Below are positions 37,110 to 50,072 of a stretch of DNA of 64,000 nt, piece by piece. The stretch covers positions 154,878 to 218,877 of the forward strand of contig JAKMXF010000338.1 of NCBI GenBank assembly GCA_024704765.1. The letters are read 5' to 3'. The notes under the pieces were generated by a model, which worked only from the letters and a program-made list of their open reading frames with translations, was not told the DNA's origin and ran no database searches. How positions within the stretch are numbered: the first letter of the stretch is position 1; every line of letters starts with the position of its first letter. The stretch is from Oopsacas minuta. Lineage: Eukaryota > Animalia > Porifera. Made by a program: the position numbers and the translations under genes.

Positions 37110-38145
37110 ATGGACAAAGGTCGCAAAGTAAATTGGACAAAGGAGGTGGAGTATACACTCATTGAGGCAATCCAGGATGCTGGAGGTATATTGAGAAGTA
37201 CTGCTGGTCAGTGCGCGGAGATAAACAAAAAAAACGAGGCTTTGGAACAATGTTACGAGGAAAATCACTTCCAACCATGGCAACAACCGAGATGTAAACG
37301 ATGTAAAAAAGAAGTGGAACAATCTAAAAGGTTCCGCAAAAGCCAGTGTGGATTCCATTCGAAGGGAAGCAAGGAGGACAGGAGGAGGGCCAAATGAAGT
37401 TGGTGAAGTGGAGGATGAAGATTTCCGGATCCTTAGCTCCGATAGGGAAATATCCACATATGTGAAGGAGAGAGTATCACAGATGTTCTCAAGTACGCCA
37501 GCGTTCTCTGGAATATGTGATAGTGTTGATATGTTCTAAGCCCCAACAACATTGCCTTCACACACTGAGATTAGCGAAAGCAGAGAAGTAACACCAGTGT
37601 TTGAGGGACCAGAAGTTACTGTAGTTAACAGTCGTCCAGAGGGAAGGCGTCGCCGTAAGAGGAGCATCGAACAGTCAACAAAGGTCTCTGATTTACTTCC
37701 TCTGCAACGAGAAGTGCTCCTTAAACAAATAGAAGTATTCTCGGCTCAACTACAGCTGATTGAAGAGCAGAGGGAGTATTATCGTCACAAAAAGCAGAGA
37801 CTTTTAGAAAAAGATCTACAGCAGCACCTTTAGATATACGATTTAGTCATATTGTACCATCATAGAAAATCATAATTTATAGTGTAAGTATGAATTAATC
37901 AAAGAAAACGAGTGACTGAAGTGATTACATCAATGTTATCGATAAATATAATATGTTTGGGAACTTAAAATAGAGCTTGAATAACTTAAGCAACCTCGGT
38001 AGGTTACTTAACTTTTGTACTTAAGTACATACTTAAGTATGAGCTTAAATCTTAGTGAATACCAATCTTAGTAAAAACGGTTTAAGTATATACTTAGTAT
38101 TTAATTACTAAGTACATACTTAAGGATGCTTAGTGAATACGGCCC
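37110..38145 (+). mobile_element. PIF/Harbinger Myb/SANT-like gene (frameshifted) and right terminus
   Basis: MDKGRKVNWTKEVEYTLIE..., VKKKWNNLK, RRTGGGP, C-terminal coiled coil; terminus TAGTGAATACGGCCC|CAG with CTTAAG subterminal repeats. Confidence 0.75.
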
Positions 38146-38389
38146 CAGAATCCCCCTATCACATCTCGTTTTACTCCAATGTCATTTTAATCCCAGTCGC
38201 TTTTTTCCAGTTCACTTCCCTAGAATACATGAATATTTTTGATACAAGTGTGAATTTTATCTTTTGAAATAAACAGATGCGTGCTTTATTGCTTTTTTTA
38301 ATTAGTCCCTTTAACTCCATTCTTTTCTACCTAATTTGTTTATTTTTATTTTTGTTATTTACAGATTCATTGTACTATAGTATACTAAT

Positions 38390-38947
38390 TTGATATTTTA
38401 TTATCATATGGCTTATCGGAAAAGGTGCAGTAATGATCCAGACGTCTTTTGTTATATTTGTGGTAGTTTCATGACTTCTGAACAAACTACGACAATAACA
38501 GGATTTGTTAAAAAAGAATATTTAGGATATTTTGGAGTGATATTAGGTGATCAAGACAAAACTTGGGCTCCACATACAGTGTTCCGATCTAGTGTAGAAA
38601 ATTTGAGGCAATGGACAAAAGGAATCAGAAAGAGTTTAAGTTTTGGAATTCCGATGATATGGAGAGAGCCACAAAATCACATTAGCGATTGTTACTCTTG
38701 TAATGCGAATATTTACGGAATCAATGCTAAAACCATATCATTGATCAAGTATCCAATTTTACATTCAGCAATACGACCCGTTCCCCATTCTATTGATGTA
38801 CCTGTTCCAAAATTTACCAATTTGCATGATATCTCTGAAATTGATGATTGTGAAACTAGTGATTCGTTAATTAGAGAAGATGAGGATTATATTCCGTGTG
38901 TATTATCTCGTTCCAATTCACCACAGGTATTTAATCAGCCTGAATAA
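38390..38947 (+). pseudogene. Chapaev3-like (CMC) transposase N-terminal fragment
   Basis: CSNDPDVFCYICG, YFGVILGDQDKTWAPH, FGIPMIWREPQNHISDCY, SAIRPVPH are characteristic of this family; truncated. Confidence 0.65.
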
Positions 38948-38949
38948 AC

Positions 38950-39678
38950 GAGTCTTGCAGCGAACTTTGTATTACGATATGGGCTATTTTCTAAACTGTA
39001 TGCTATTCACTTCCTTTATGTATTCCAGTTCGTTCGACTAGCCATACTAGGAGATACTAATCATAAACCCCGATATATCTAGTGTGTATTACGAATTGGG
39101 CATGAAAAAGTGGGAAAGGTCCTCCCATAGACGTAACATTAAAGTTTCGGGACATATTTTCTAATGTTTTTTGAAGAAGGACCATTGCCTAAGACCTATA
39201 AATTGTTATACATGCTTACCATATGTAGTTCTAATTTCTGGACCACAATTAGTCCCGAGTACCGCTCCAATAAGAATATATTAACAGTTGAAGGGGGTTT
39301 GGTAAAAATAGGCTAAGAACCGAGTCTGCAGGACTTAGGATGGGATATCTTTAAAATTATTCGTTCATTCATTCCAAATGTGGTCCAGATTTTAGAAACA
39401 TTGTATACATGCTTCCCCAAAATTTTCAGAGCTTAAAAATTAGTCTTTCTTCAAAAAACAATAGACTATATGGCGAATAACATAGTTTTGAGATAATTGA
39501 AGTTAAAGATTCATATAATATATTTTGTAAATATATACATATTACTATGGTATTTCGTCCCGCTAGGACTCATCCTTTAAGCTATGCCTTGTCTTAAGAC
39601 AACACCTTCTTTTAACTGTAGACAAACAATAAAAAATAAGTCAAAGGTATGATAATTCCAACTCAAGACTGGGGTACA
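38950..39678. repeat. unclassified dispersed repeat, copy B (inverted relative to 23697-25717)
   Basis: Direct sequence comparison with copy A. Confidence 0.7.
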
Positions 39679-39691
39679 GCATGGAGATTAT

Positions 39692-40586
39692 CATGTGATC
39701 AATCAAGCCCACTGTCCAGTTCTGTACATCACTGATAGGAAGGTCAAAAGGAGCAAATAAATATTGTATAATACTAAGTATAGTAAGTGTAAAAGATATT
39801 ATTAGAGCTAAAAATACATTCACTATTGCATCTAAGTAAAGCTATAACATGGTGTTTATACCACCCAAGTAGTAGAAATTACGTATATACGAGTATGCAC
39901 ATACTCTGTTATGCATATTCTCTAAGAAAGTATCATATAAAATGTACCGTATATAGCAATAGCATAACGAGTAATGTCATAAATTCAAGAACTCAAAAAT
40001 TTTATTTCTATCGCTCAGCACTCTCAGAATCAGGAGGCCTTAATCAAGATTCTCGGAGACGTGAAAAGGGAGAAACATGAACGTGAGCAGGTCGCTCGCC
40101 TCTTTGCATAATGGAAACGCTTTGCAAGGGGGCGACGATCGCGACGTTAAATGCGGCCCATTCCACGTGCTAAGAGGGTCAAGGCCAATGATCTACGTAT
40201 ACAGTGGGCATTATTTTGGTGGAGTTCTTCCGCCCAATGTCAATATGATGCGTATGCATTGCGAACTTTCGTGAGGAAAGTGACCGACGCAGGTTCTGAG
40301 ATGCTTCGTAGCGAGCTGGCTTTTTTTAAAGCCGGCAGGAAATGATGAATCTGATTCTGCGTCATTTTTACACAAAAGAGGAAACGCATGAATTAATTAT
40401 AACTTAGGATCAAATATCTAATTTTTGAAAAAATGGCTATTTTAGGAGAAGATGTCGTCACAAATTGTTTTATAACTCACACTAGAATACTCGGATTTGA
40501 AAAATTTCAATGTAGGAATGATAACAATACATGTGAGTATGTTTCCAAATAATAAACTCAATTAAACAAATTTGCGGTAAGACACT
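39692..40586 (+). repeat. left arm of a ~0.9-kb inverted repeat; TTAA-flanked (Kolobok-like) end at 40586
   Basis: Near-identical reverse complement of 46885-47796; ends ...GCGGTAAGACACT|TTAA. Confidence 0.9.
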
Positions 40587-40739
40587 TTAAGAAATGGTTA
40601 AAAAGAGTTGAAGAACACAAACTATCAATATTATTACGATAACCAATTTGAAAATGTACTTACGAACATTCTAACATGGAATAAGATTTTCCCAATTTCC
40701 AGTTGATCGACTGTAGATCTTGTACAATAAACTTCTACT

Positions 40740-40845
40740 TCATTTTCTGGAAGGGCTAAGAAGGCAACTGATCGAGTGCAAAATGGCGAATTCGGATGAT
40801 GAGCTTTCAATAGGATATGATCATCTGAATTTATGATTGCGTTAC
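40740..40845 (-). repeat. ~105-bp internal fragment of the family-1 RAG1-like gene
   Basis: TCATTTTCTGGAAGGGCTAAGAAGGCAACTGATCGAGTGCAAAATGGCGAATTCGGATGATGAG closely matches ~8665-8770. Confidence 0.85.
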
Positions 40846-40862
40846 TGGAATTATTGCGAACC

Positions 40863-41964
40863 TTATAATTGCTTAGTAGATGCTAATATTTCAATATATG
40901 GACTATAACTTGATGCTGATATCCTTAAATCTTCCTTGAAGTCAAGTTGCCTGCGGTGTTTTGACTTAAGAAAATTTGCTGAAGAAAACGTTTGCTCACA
41001 AAAAAATGTTGTTGGAGATGGAAGCACAAGCAATCTTTCAGATGTTTTGAAAAGATTTGATGCTATCCCCTTCACTAAAAACCAGAATTTCGTTTTGTTA
41101 CCACATTAATATTTAGCTTTTGCCTCCTCATTCGCCTGGAACAATAACAACTCATCTACTAGGATGTCGTCTAAGTCCAGCATATCTTCCAGAGACATAT
41201 CCATCGGGGTTAGCAGGTATTTAGGGATTGATGGAACGTCCGAAAAGTGATTGGAAAATCAGTAACTAGATTCATCAAATGTTCCTCGACAAGCGAAATA
41301 AATTTATCTTCAAGATGTGGTGAGAGACAAAGAATTGCTTCTACATGTGGGAACATGTTCCATTGGTTGTTCAGTATGCTTAAACGAAAAAGTTTCAACT
41401 TATTTTGACATGTGGTCACATTTCTAATGCCGCTTGGAGAAAAATGCCGTCTCCCTGCAACCTAAGAATACTCAGGTTATAGTGAGAGAAGATTTCAGTA
41501 AGATAAGCTTATTCAGTTTGAAATAGATCGATGAAAACTCTTCTATCTCTAAGAAATGTTTCTGACTAGAAATCCACATAACTGATCATAAATGGAATGT
41601 CCTCGTTCAAGAGCTTTTCCTTGCTAAGCCAGCGAAATTCAGTGTGGAAAAGAATGACGTCGTGTTATGCTTCCGAATCTTTGCATAGTTTTGTTAGTAT
41701 AAGTTCGTTCAAAGGACTTGATCTGACAAAGTTCACAACTTTGATGACAAGGTTCAGTGTTTCATGTAGTTTAGGGTGGAGATTTTTAGCAGCTAACACA
41801 TGTTTATGAATCACACAATGGATAAAACTGCACGGCAGTACTTCCCTTTTACAACATCCCCGGAATCCAGTATCTCTACCAGTCATATTTCGAGCTCTAT
41901 CTGTACTAACACTACCAACTTGGTTTAGACTGATCTGAAGCAAATGTCTGCTTATATTTTCCAT
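40863..41964 (-). pseudogene. hAT transposase fragments
   Basis: VSTDRARNMTG, FIHCVIHKHVLAAK, LPSPTTFFCEQTFS. Confidence 0.8.
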
Positions 41965-42268
41965 ATGCGATCTGAAGCACGAATTGATAAACCATATTCT
42001 GTTAGGGGTTACTCACCATTTTATCAGGAATACTTTTCCTACAAATCAGAAAAGTTATGAACTTTATAATCTGTTGCAAGCAGATTTGAAATAGCACTTA
42101 ATGCCCATTATAGATAAGCGACACTTTGAAAACAGAATAAACAAATAACAATTCTATTGAAATATTGGAACTAACATTAGCTTATACTATTATTGTATTA
42201 GTAATTGTATCTGTGTTGGGCAGATAATAATACCATAATTACACGCAAGTGCATTAGTAAAGGAAATA

Positions 42269-43607
42269 CAGTCTGTTACATTATTATTCGGAATTTTAAT
42301 ATACTTTGAAAGTATACCATAACTTAATAGAATCATTGTGTATTTGAAAGTGAATGCATATTTTGAATTGTATAATAGTACATACGTAATTCGATTGTTT
42401 TATTTTGTTCAATTAATCAACTTCTCGAACATTTCTCTCTTCTGTAATATTAGTTGTGACGTCACTTCCGTATTATTCATAAGTTTACCATTTATCTTCT
42501 CTTGTCTTAAGTATTAGCTATTTCAGATGGCTCAATTGGATAAGAGAAATACTATGAAGTTATTACTAGAAGCTAACAGCCATAGCTCAAAAGAAATTGC
42601 TCAAATTGCTCATGTAAGCTTGTCTACTGTATATTATGTAAAGGCCAAACTAGCAAAAGGAATTGATATCTCCCATCAAAAAGGAGCTGGAAGGCCATGC
42701 TCATTGAGAAATAGGATTAAACAATCGATTAGCCAACAAATAAGACAAAAACCATACTTATCACTAAGAACATTGGCAAGTAGAGCCCCTATACCTGTAT
42801 CCTACCAGACTGTACGCCGAGCCTTAGTCGATTCCAAATATTCTAAGAAATATCCCACAAAAGTACCTATGCTGAGTGAAACAAATCGATTGTATCGTGT
42901 CCAATGGGCAAAGAAGTTTAAATACCCCAAAAAGCAATGGGCCAAGACTGTTTTTGCTGATGAAATCTCGATTTGGCTGTCCAGGGGTCGAATGAAGATG
43001 TGGACAAAATCCGATCAGAAAAGATTTGTCCCCACCACTAAGCATACTCCAAAAATAAATGTTTGGGCGGCATTCTCTTCCATTGGGACTTTCCCTTTGT
43101 GCATATTTACAACTAATATGGACAGTTCATTATTCATAGACATACTTCAAGGTCATCTCCTAACTCAGGCTGAAGTTTTCCATGGAAATGATTGGCAACT
43201 CGTAATGGATAACGATCCTAAGCATACAGCGACAAAGGTTAAGAATTGGTTGAGTACTATGTTACCAAAAGTACTTCCGTGGCCATCACAAAGCCCCGAT
43301 CTCAATCCTATTGAAAATCTGTTCGCGTGGGTTAAGCAAGAATTAACTAAACAAGGCCCAAAGACAATTTCAGAGCTGAAGAAAATGCTGGAAATTACCT
43401 GGAGCAGGCTAGATTCTAATTTTCTAGAGCCATATTGGTCTTCAATGCCACGTAGGTGTCAAATGGTCATTGACTCAAGGGGTCTACCAATTAAATATTG
43501 ATTATGCACCTCTTGAGAATATTTTAGTCAATTTTAGTATTGTGTAAGAGTAAATCCGATCGTATGATAAACTGATCCTTGATTCCAAATAATTATGTAA
43601 CAGACTG
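42269..43607 (+). mobile_element. Tc1 (DD34E) element, full length
   Basis: TIR CAGTCTGTTACAT at both ends, TA TSD, uninterrupted ORF. Confidence 0.93.
42527..43501 (+). CDS. Tc1 transposase, 324 aa, intact DD34E
   Basis: HTH, VFADE, VMDNDPKH...SPDLNPIE with 34 residues between D and E. Confidence 0.92.
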   Translation: MAQLDKRNTMKLLLEANSHSSKEIAQIAHVSLSTVYYVKAKLAKGIDISHQKGAGRPCSLRNRIKQSISQQIRQKPYLSLRTLASRAPIPVSYQTVRRALVDSKYSKKYPTKVPMLSETNRLYRVQWAKKFKYPKKQWAKTVFADEISIWLSRGRMKMWTKSDQKRFVPTTKHTPKINVWAAFSSIGTFPLCIFTTNMDSSLFIDILQGHLLTQAEVFHGNDWQLVMDNDPKHTATKVKNWLSTMLPKVLPWPSQSPDLNPIENLFAWVKQELTKQGPKTISELKKMLEITWSRLDSNFLEPYWSSMPRRCQMVIDSRGLPIKY

Positions 43608-43830
43608 TAGGTTAATAGAAGTGTTACTATATTGAAAATATATCCAATATTGTATATTTGCACATTCCTGAAGAAATACTATTAACTTCTAATCGGCAGA
43701 AGATAAATTGAATCACTTTTTAGTACTTGTTGGGTTTGTTACCATATGTCTAATAATTGTCTAATTAGTATGCTCCACTAGTGTAATAATTCGATCGTAA
43801 TGTAACAATTGCAACTTCCGTTGCCTAATA

Positions 43831-45158
43831 CAGTCTGATACGAAATTATTTACAATTATAAATTAGCCATAATCCAATTTAACATTGATTACTAAAGAGA
43901 TTGACGATACATTTCTTGTAAGGACGTGATAGATATTTCCTAAACAATAATGTCACTAATAGTTAATCTTATTCCCACCAGAGGCAATTACCAGATCACA
44001 CCTTTTATTCATAGAACTTTTGAACTTGGAAAGAAAATCAGCTTGAAACGTTTCCCACTGAGAATATATCCTACTCTCCACTTCCTCAATTGTCTTTGGA
44101 GCGTGGACCATTATTCTGTGCTCCAGTACACCCCATAAATTCTCAATAGGTTGAGATCCGGGTTATTGGAAGGCCAGTCTATGCGTCTAACACGGTGTCT
44201 CTTTGAAAGCATATGAAAACTTGATGTATGGATACTCTAATTATCCTCTTGCAATTTCCAGCCATTGGGGAATAATGTATCTGCAGTCTGAAACAGAACT
44301 TCATTTAAAACATTACAATAATGTTCTGAATTAAAGTTATGCTTGAATACCTTCACTGGGGTGGCACCTCGAGCAGAAATTCCTCCCCAAATGTGTACTT
44401 AGGGACTAGGCCGTGGAATGTTGAGGGTTGGTCGTTCACCTCTTGTCCACATTCGAATTCTACCCTGATTTAGCCAGATAGAACATTCATCCGTGAAAAT
44501 TATCTGGTGCCAGTGAATATTCCTGTGTTTCTTGGCCCAATCGACACGTATTCTCTCATTCTGGGGAGTGATTCCTGGCCCTCTGATCGAAACTTTCTTA
44601 GAAAGTCTCATACTCTTTATTGTCCTCCGTATCGACTCTCTAGATATATCTAAACCCTGAGTGACCTGGAATTCACTTGCTATCTTTCTTACGGATACTC
44701 GTGGACTTTTTCGGAGCTTGGCTGCAAGAGATATCTTGATATTTTTGGACATTTTATTGGTCTACCAGCTCCTTTTCGATGCTTAAAATTTTTGGAATCT
44801 GACACTGTAGCTTTGACATTACAGACGGTCTTCAAAGAAACTCCACATCGCTTTGATATTAACTTTATAGTAGTTGTCCTCATTTTTAACAACTCCGAAA
44901 CTTCTTGTCGTTTGGCTTGTTGCATTTATTTCGAAGAATTCTAGTTCACCACAGAATAGGAACAAATGCTCAGTAATCACCAAGGATGACGCGCGAAAAT
45001 CAAAGTAATGTGGTAAAAAATCAAAAAATTTGAAATAACAAAAATATGTACTAAATTGTTCATGTAAAGTGATCGAGATATATCAATTTCGTTCATTTGC
45101 AATATTACGGGTTCTTAAGAAACAATCAGAAAATTGTAAATAATTTCGTGTCAGACTG
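43831..45158 (-). mobile_element. Tc1-like element, decayed
   Basis: TIR CAGTCTGATACGAAATTATTTACAATT / AATTGTAAATAATTTCGTGTCAGACTG; KGAGRP, WHQIIFTDEC. Confidence 0.85.
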
Positions 45159-46884
45159 TTACAGCTATTGCCGGGCTGTTTCTATTCCTGTCGTATTGCC
45201 TCGTGATCCCTGTGGAAGCGCAGGAGGAATTTCAGATCATACATATTTACAGATACTTTTGACACAAACGAGCTGGAGAACTAATTCAACGAAAGGATTA
45301 CTACTTGCAGACAGTTTACACGCAAACGGACCGAAACAATAAAACATGGAAAGTCCCACTACAACAATTCAACTTGTGCTTTTCACATCAGCCCAGACCC
45401 AGGAACAACCATGACACTATCTAATCCCGTTACTATATCGCTAGCGTATAGATACAAGGGTCCCTAAACAGCAAACACATTTGCATCAGGATAACACCAT
45501 GAATACAAAGTTGGATCCGGTCATTTGCAGCTAGAAAATAGGCGAATAAACGTATTAATTATGAAGGTGGCGCATGCTCCTTTTTTTGTTGCTTCTAGGG
45601 TTTCTGAAGCCAGTGCAATAAAATGACAAGCAAGAGAGCCAGTTCTACTTAGTTTGAATATATCAATTTGCAATATTTCTAAGCAACAAGTGAATCCTAG
45701 GTAGGATATCTTTGAAATGTACTTGACGATTATTTAGCAACATTAATGGTGCATGACACCTACTGTTAGGATAGCTGAATGTGGTCCAAGTGGTTTTTTG
45801 GGCTAGATGGCGCCAAGACCTACGGTTTTCCTTTTTTAAGCCAAGCGATGGGAGTCATTTCAGATATAGGATGTACGGTGTTCGAGATAGATGGTGTGAA
45901 CAGGTTTTCGGCCCTTTTGGAACAGGCACACCAGGTTTGAATTGACAGTTTTGAATAGTAATAACTACAAATTTCGCAAACTAATAAATCCATAAAAGAC
46001 TCAATCAACTGATACAAGCGTTGATATAACCGCAAGACTGATCACATCTGTATTCCTATGGTAGTTTGTATAGAATTCATCAGTTATATTTCAGTATAGT
46101 GGTTAATAAAATTTTCTCCATATCATTTGGCTGATTCAGGAGAATTTCGTACTTCGTCAGTTCCCATCCGAATTTTGAGTTCGAAAGCTCTATCAGCTTC
46201 TCTCAACGAGTTCTTCAACAGTGAGTATAACGATTTTTGACCATTCAAAAAGGTTGGGGAGAGTGTTAGTTTCTATAGTTGTATCTACATTTCTATGAAA
46301 TATTATATGCCACTGATTCACTATGTGAAGATACTCCAATATGGTATCATTCATTCCAAATTATTACCTTGGTTGAATATATTTCGTATGGGTATGAAAC
46401 GTCATGATATTCAAATTTTATGCACTACATTATTTTTTCGCTGTAATAGTGAAGCATGTAGTCTGAGGAATGTACCCTGAAAATTTGGAAAAAATTGATA
46501 AAAAAATTTGTTATTTTGGAAAAATTACAAGGTGTTAATGTCGCAGAATATTTAAACTACATGAAATTTCTAGAATATACGATATTTTTGGTTACTTAAT
46601 TATCCATTTATAGGCGGTGAGACCCTGAATTTTTTATATACCAAAAATTACATTTCATCCCTTATATATATTCATAATAACAATATCAAATGTAATATTA
46701 TATACAGTACACTCCCGTTTACGTGACACCTCGGGGATTTGGCCAAGGTTTAGGAGTAAGAGGGAATAATCGCCTCTCCCTATGACACATCACTATTGCC
46801 AAGGTCTAAACGAACAAACATAGTAACTTACAAGTCTAAGCTGAGTAATAAGTCTGCTCGAAAAATACAGTGGAAGCAGCTTAA

Positions 46885-47796
46885 GGTGTCTTGCCGCAAA
46901 TTTGGTCATTTTTTAGGCATATTTGTTTAATTGAGTTTATTGTTTGGAAACATACTCACATGTATTGTTATCATTCCTACATTGAAATTTTTCAAATCCG
47001 AGCATTATTGTGTGAGTTATAAAACAATTTGTGTCGACATCTTCTAAAATAGCCATTTTTTCAAAAATTATATATTTGATCCTAAGTTATTGTTAATTCA
47101 TGCGTTTACTCTTTTGTGTAAAAATGACGCAGAATCAGATTCATCATTTCCTGCGGGCTTTAAAAAAAGCCAGCTCGCTACGAAGCATCTCAGAACCTGC
47201 GTCGGTCACTTTCCTCACGAAAGTTCGCAATGCATACGCATCATATTGACATTGGGCGGAAGAACTCCACCAAAATAATGCCCACTGTATACGTAGATCA
47301 TTGGCCTTGACCCTCTTAGCACGTGGAATGGGCCGCATTTAACGTCGCGATCGTCGCCCCCTTGCAAAGCGTTTCCATTATGCAAAGAGGCGAGCGACCT
47401 GCTCACGTTCATGTTTCTCCCTTTTCACGTCTCCGAGAATCTTGATTAAGGCCTCCTGATTCTGAGAGTGCTGAGCGATAGAAATAAAATTTTTGAGTTC
47501 TTGAATTTATGACATTACTCGTTATGCTATTGCTATATACGATACATTTTATATGATACTTTCTTAGAGAATATGCATAACAGAGTATGTGCATACTCGT
47601 ATATACGTAATTTCTACTACTTGGGTGGTATAAACACCATGTTATAGCTTTACTTAGATGCAATAGTGAATGTATTTTTAGCTCAAATAATATCTTTTAC
47701 ACTTACAATACTTAGTATTATACAATATTTTTTTGCTCCTTTTGACCTTTCTATCAGAGATGTACAGAACTGGACAGTGGGCTGATTGATCACATG
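46885..47796 (-). repeat. right arm of the ~0.9-kb inverted repeat
   Basis: TTAA|GGTGTCTTGCCGCAAATTTGG start; near-identical to the reverse complement of 39692-40586. Confidence 0.9.
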
Positions 47797-47799
47797 TCA

Positions 47800-48813
47800 T
47801 GTTTGTTGCATGTAGAGTGTATTATGTTGCCCCCAACACAACTAGTGTAATCCAACCTTGCGAATGTGGTATTATTATGAATCTCAGGACATTTACCAAA
47901 AGAGTGTTATGGCGTATGTTTTAGATCTGCTCGCGGATGGGAAATTGACCGGAGAAAAAATGTCTTAGGCGATTGATGTCAAACAAGCTATAGTATGGAT
48001 TGCACTTGCATGGAGACAAGTGAAGTCACAGACTATTGTTAATTGCTTCCCAAAGGCATTTGGAACACTTTCATTCGCTAGCACCGAAATCACTTCTGAA
48101 GTCAATTCCAATATTGAAGATTGTGAGCTTCCGCTGCCCCCCAGAAGTACTTGATGATGATTTTTCTAACTATGTCAATGTTGTTTCAGATGAGCTGACT
48201 ATGGGAGAATTGACAATAGATGATGCTATAGAAATAGTATCTGTCAACAACAAGGGTGATGATAATTATCTTGAGATCATTGGAAGTGACACTGAAGATG
48301 AATCTGATATTCCTGTTCCCTCTACGTCAGAAATGAAAAAAATGATTCAGAAGATGAGAACATTCATATCTCACCACAACCTCGATTTCCAAGGTACAAT
48401 TCTCTCAAAATTTGAAGATGGGGTACTCATTGTAGAAACTGAATTGATAAAGCAAACAACACTGAATATGTTTTATAGGAAGTAGAACGTTACTTATTTA
48501 CTTGCACTTTGACATTTGTTTTCATCGTATTCCTCTTCAATACTCTTTTTGGTATTGTTTACTATTGTCCTAAATCGAAGTTAAATCATCTCACACACGG
48601 AATGTAAATTTAACTTATAAAATTGATACGGTTATAGTGATATCGTTTTATTGGATATAGTGATGTACAGATATAGTGACAATATGGATATAGTGACAAT
48701 AGTTATAGTGATAATGGATATAGTGATATATGGATTTAGTGATATATGGATATAGTGATAATTTAGACAAAAATTATGTGTCCCACCATTATCACTATAT
48801 CCATTATATACTG
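47800..48813 (+). mobile_element. pogo/Tigger 3' fragment with right TIR
   Basis: LPPNTTSVIQPCECGII, TIVNCF, KQTTLNMFY; GGATATAGTGA subterminal repeats; ends ...CCATTATATACTG|TA. Confidence 0.7.
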
Positions 48814-48819
48814 TACTAA

Positions 48820-49158
48820 GCACAATTTGATGAATACATTCATCAATTCTCCCCAATATCACGTCAACGTTGTGAAGCGATCTGGTCAGGTAAATGAACA
48901 ACAATTACATGATACTATAGATACCGTCTCCGTACCAAATGGGTGGGGCACAGATGTTGAATTAACCATGCTCGGTGCTATCGCTGGAGTTGATATATTT
49001 GTAGCTGATTGTGTAAATAGAAATACTTTAACCATTTGTCTAAATCACCTATTAGGCACTCTTATGAATTGTAATCTGATTTTTGAAGGACAAAAATTGT
49101 GTATATTATATCACAATCTTAGCGAAATAGTAGACAATGAACATTTTGAAACAATATA
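48820..49158 (+). pseudogene. OTU-like cysteine protease domain fragment
   Basis: NGWGTDVELTMLGAIAGVDIFV resembles the OTU WG..EL.A motif; cut by the adjacent MITE. Confidence 0.45.
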
Positions 49159-50072
49159 CAGTCAGAGGACAAAAATATTCGAACATACAAATGTATTGAC
49201 ATAAATTGTACTCTTTCCTGCTCCTATATATTGTATTATCTATATTCGAGGCTGCTATCTAATAATTTGTGTAGAATAATATATGTTCTTCAAGAATTCA
49301 AAAAAATATTTCAATTTACGACTTTTTGAAGGTGTTAATTATTAATAATCATTGAATAATTATTGATAATCAAAATATGTGGTAACTCAAAACCTATTAA
49401 TAATCTATAATTTCTGACTTGATATTTGAATTCTACGTAGGTGAGTTACCCCAGGTTGAAATTTCCAATCGGATTGAACAATCTTGACCAAAGTTATAAA
49501 AGAATTTCAATTTGTCCTACTTGTGCCACTTTTTTCAAAAAGTGGCACAGGTGGCAGGAAAAAGCGCCACTTCAAGGAAATCGACAAGGGTGGAGGAATA
49601 AGTCGAAGTAACATTTTCGAAAGATATGACTATGTTAACCCTTGAATTACAAAATAACCTCTTGGGAGCGGCCACTTGTGCCACCTTGGGCAAAACTTGA
49701 CACAAATGGCACAAATTGAAATTCATCTATAGCTCTGTTAAAAATTGTTTAATCCGATTGGAAATTTCAATCTGGGGTAACTCGCCTACGTAGAATTCAA
49801 ATATCAAGTCAAGTCAGAATTTATGGATTATTAATAGGCTTTGAATTACCACATATTTTGAATATCAATAATTATCTAATAATTATTCACAATTGACACC
49901 TTCAAGTGTAAATTGAAAATATTTTTTTGAAATTCTTGAAAAACATATGTTATCCTATACAATTTACTAGATAGCAGCTACGAATATAGACTACACAATA
50001 TATAGGAGCGGGAAAGAGTGTACAATTTATGACAATATATTTGTGTGTTCGAATACTTTTGTCCCCAGGCTG
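49159..50072. mobile_element. foldback-type MITE, uninterrupted copy (914 bp)
   Basis: TA|CAGTCAGAGGACAAAA ... TTTTGTCCCCAGGCTG|TA; homologous to 2486-4690 with the core inverted. Confidence 0.85.

Noticed and set aside
39708-39716. CCCACTGTC as another RAG/Transib end inside the inverted repeat arms
   Set aside because: Final G of the heptamer is missing, and there is no matching subterminal sequence or TSD
39826-40345. 84-, 65- and 64-aa ORFs duplicated in both inverted-repeat arms
   Set aside because: Their conservation only reflects the recent DNA duplication; no recognisable motifs and overlapping frames
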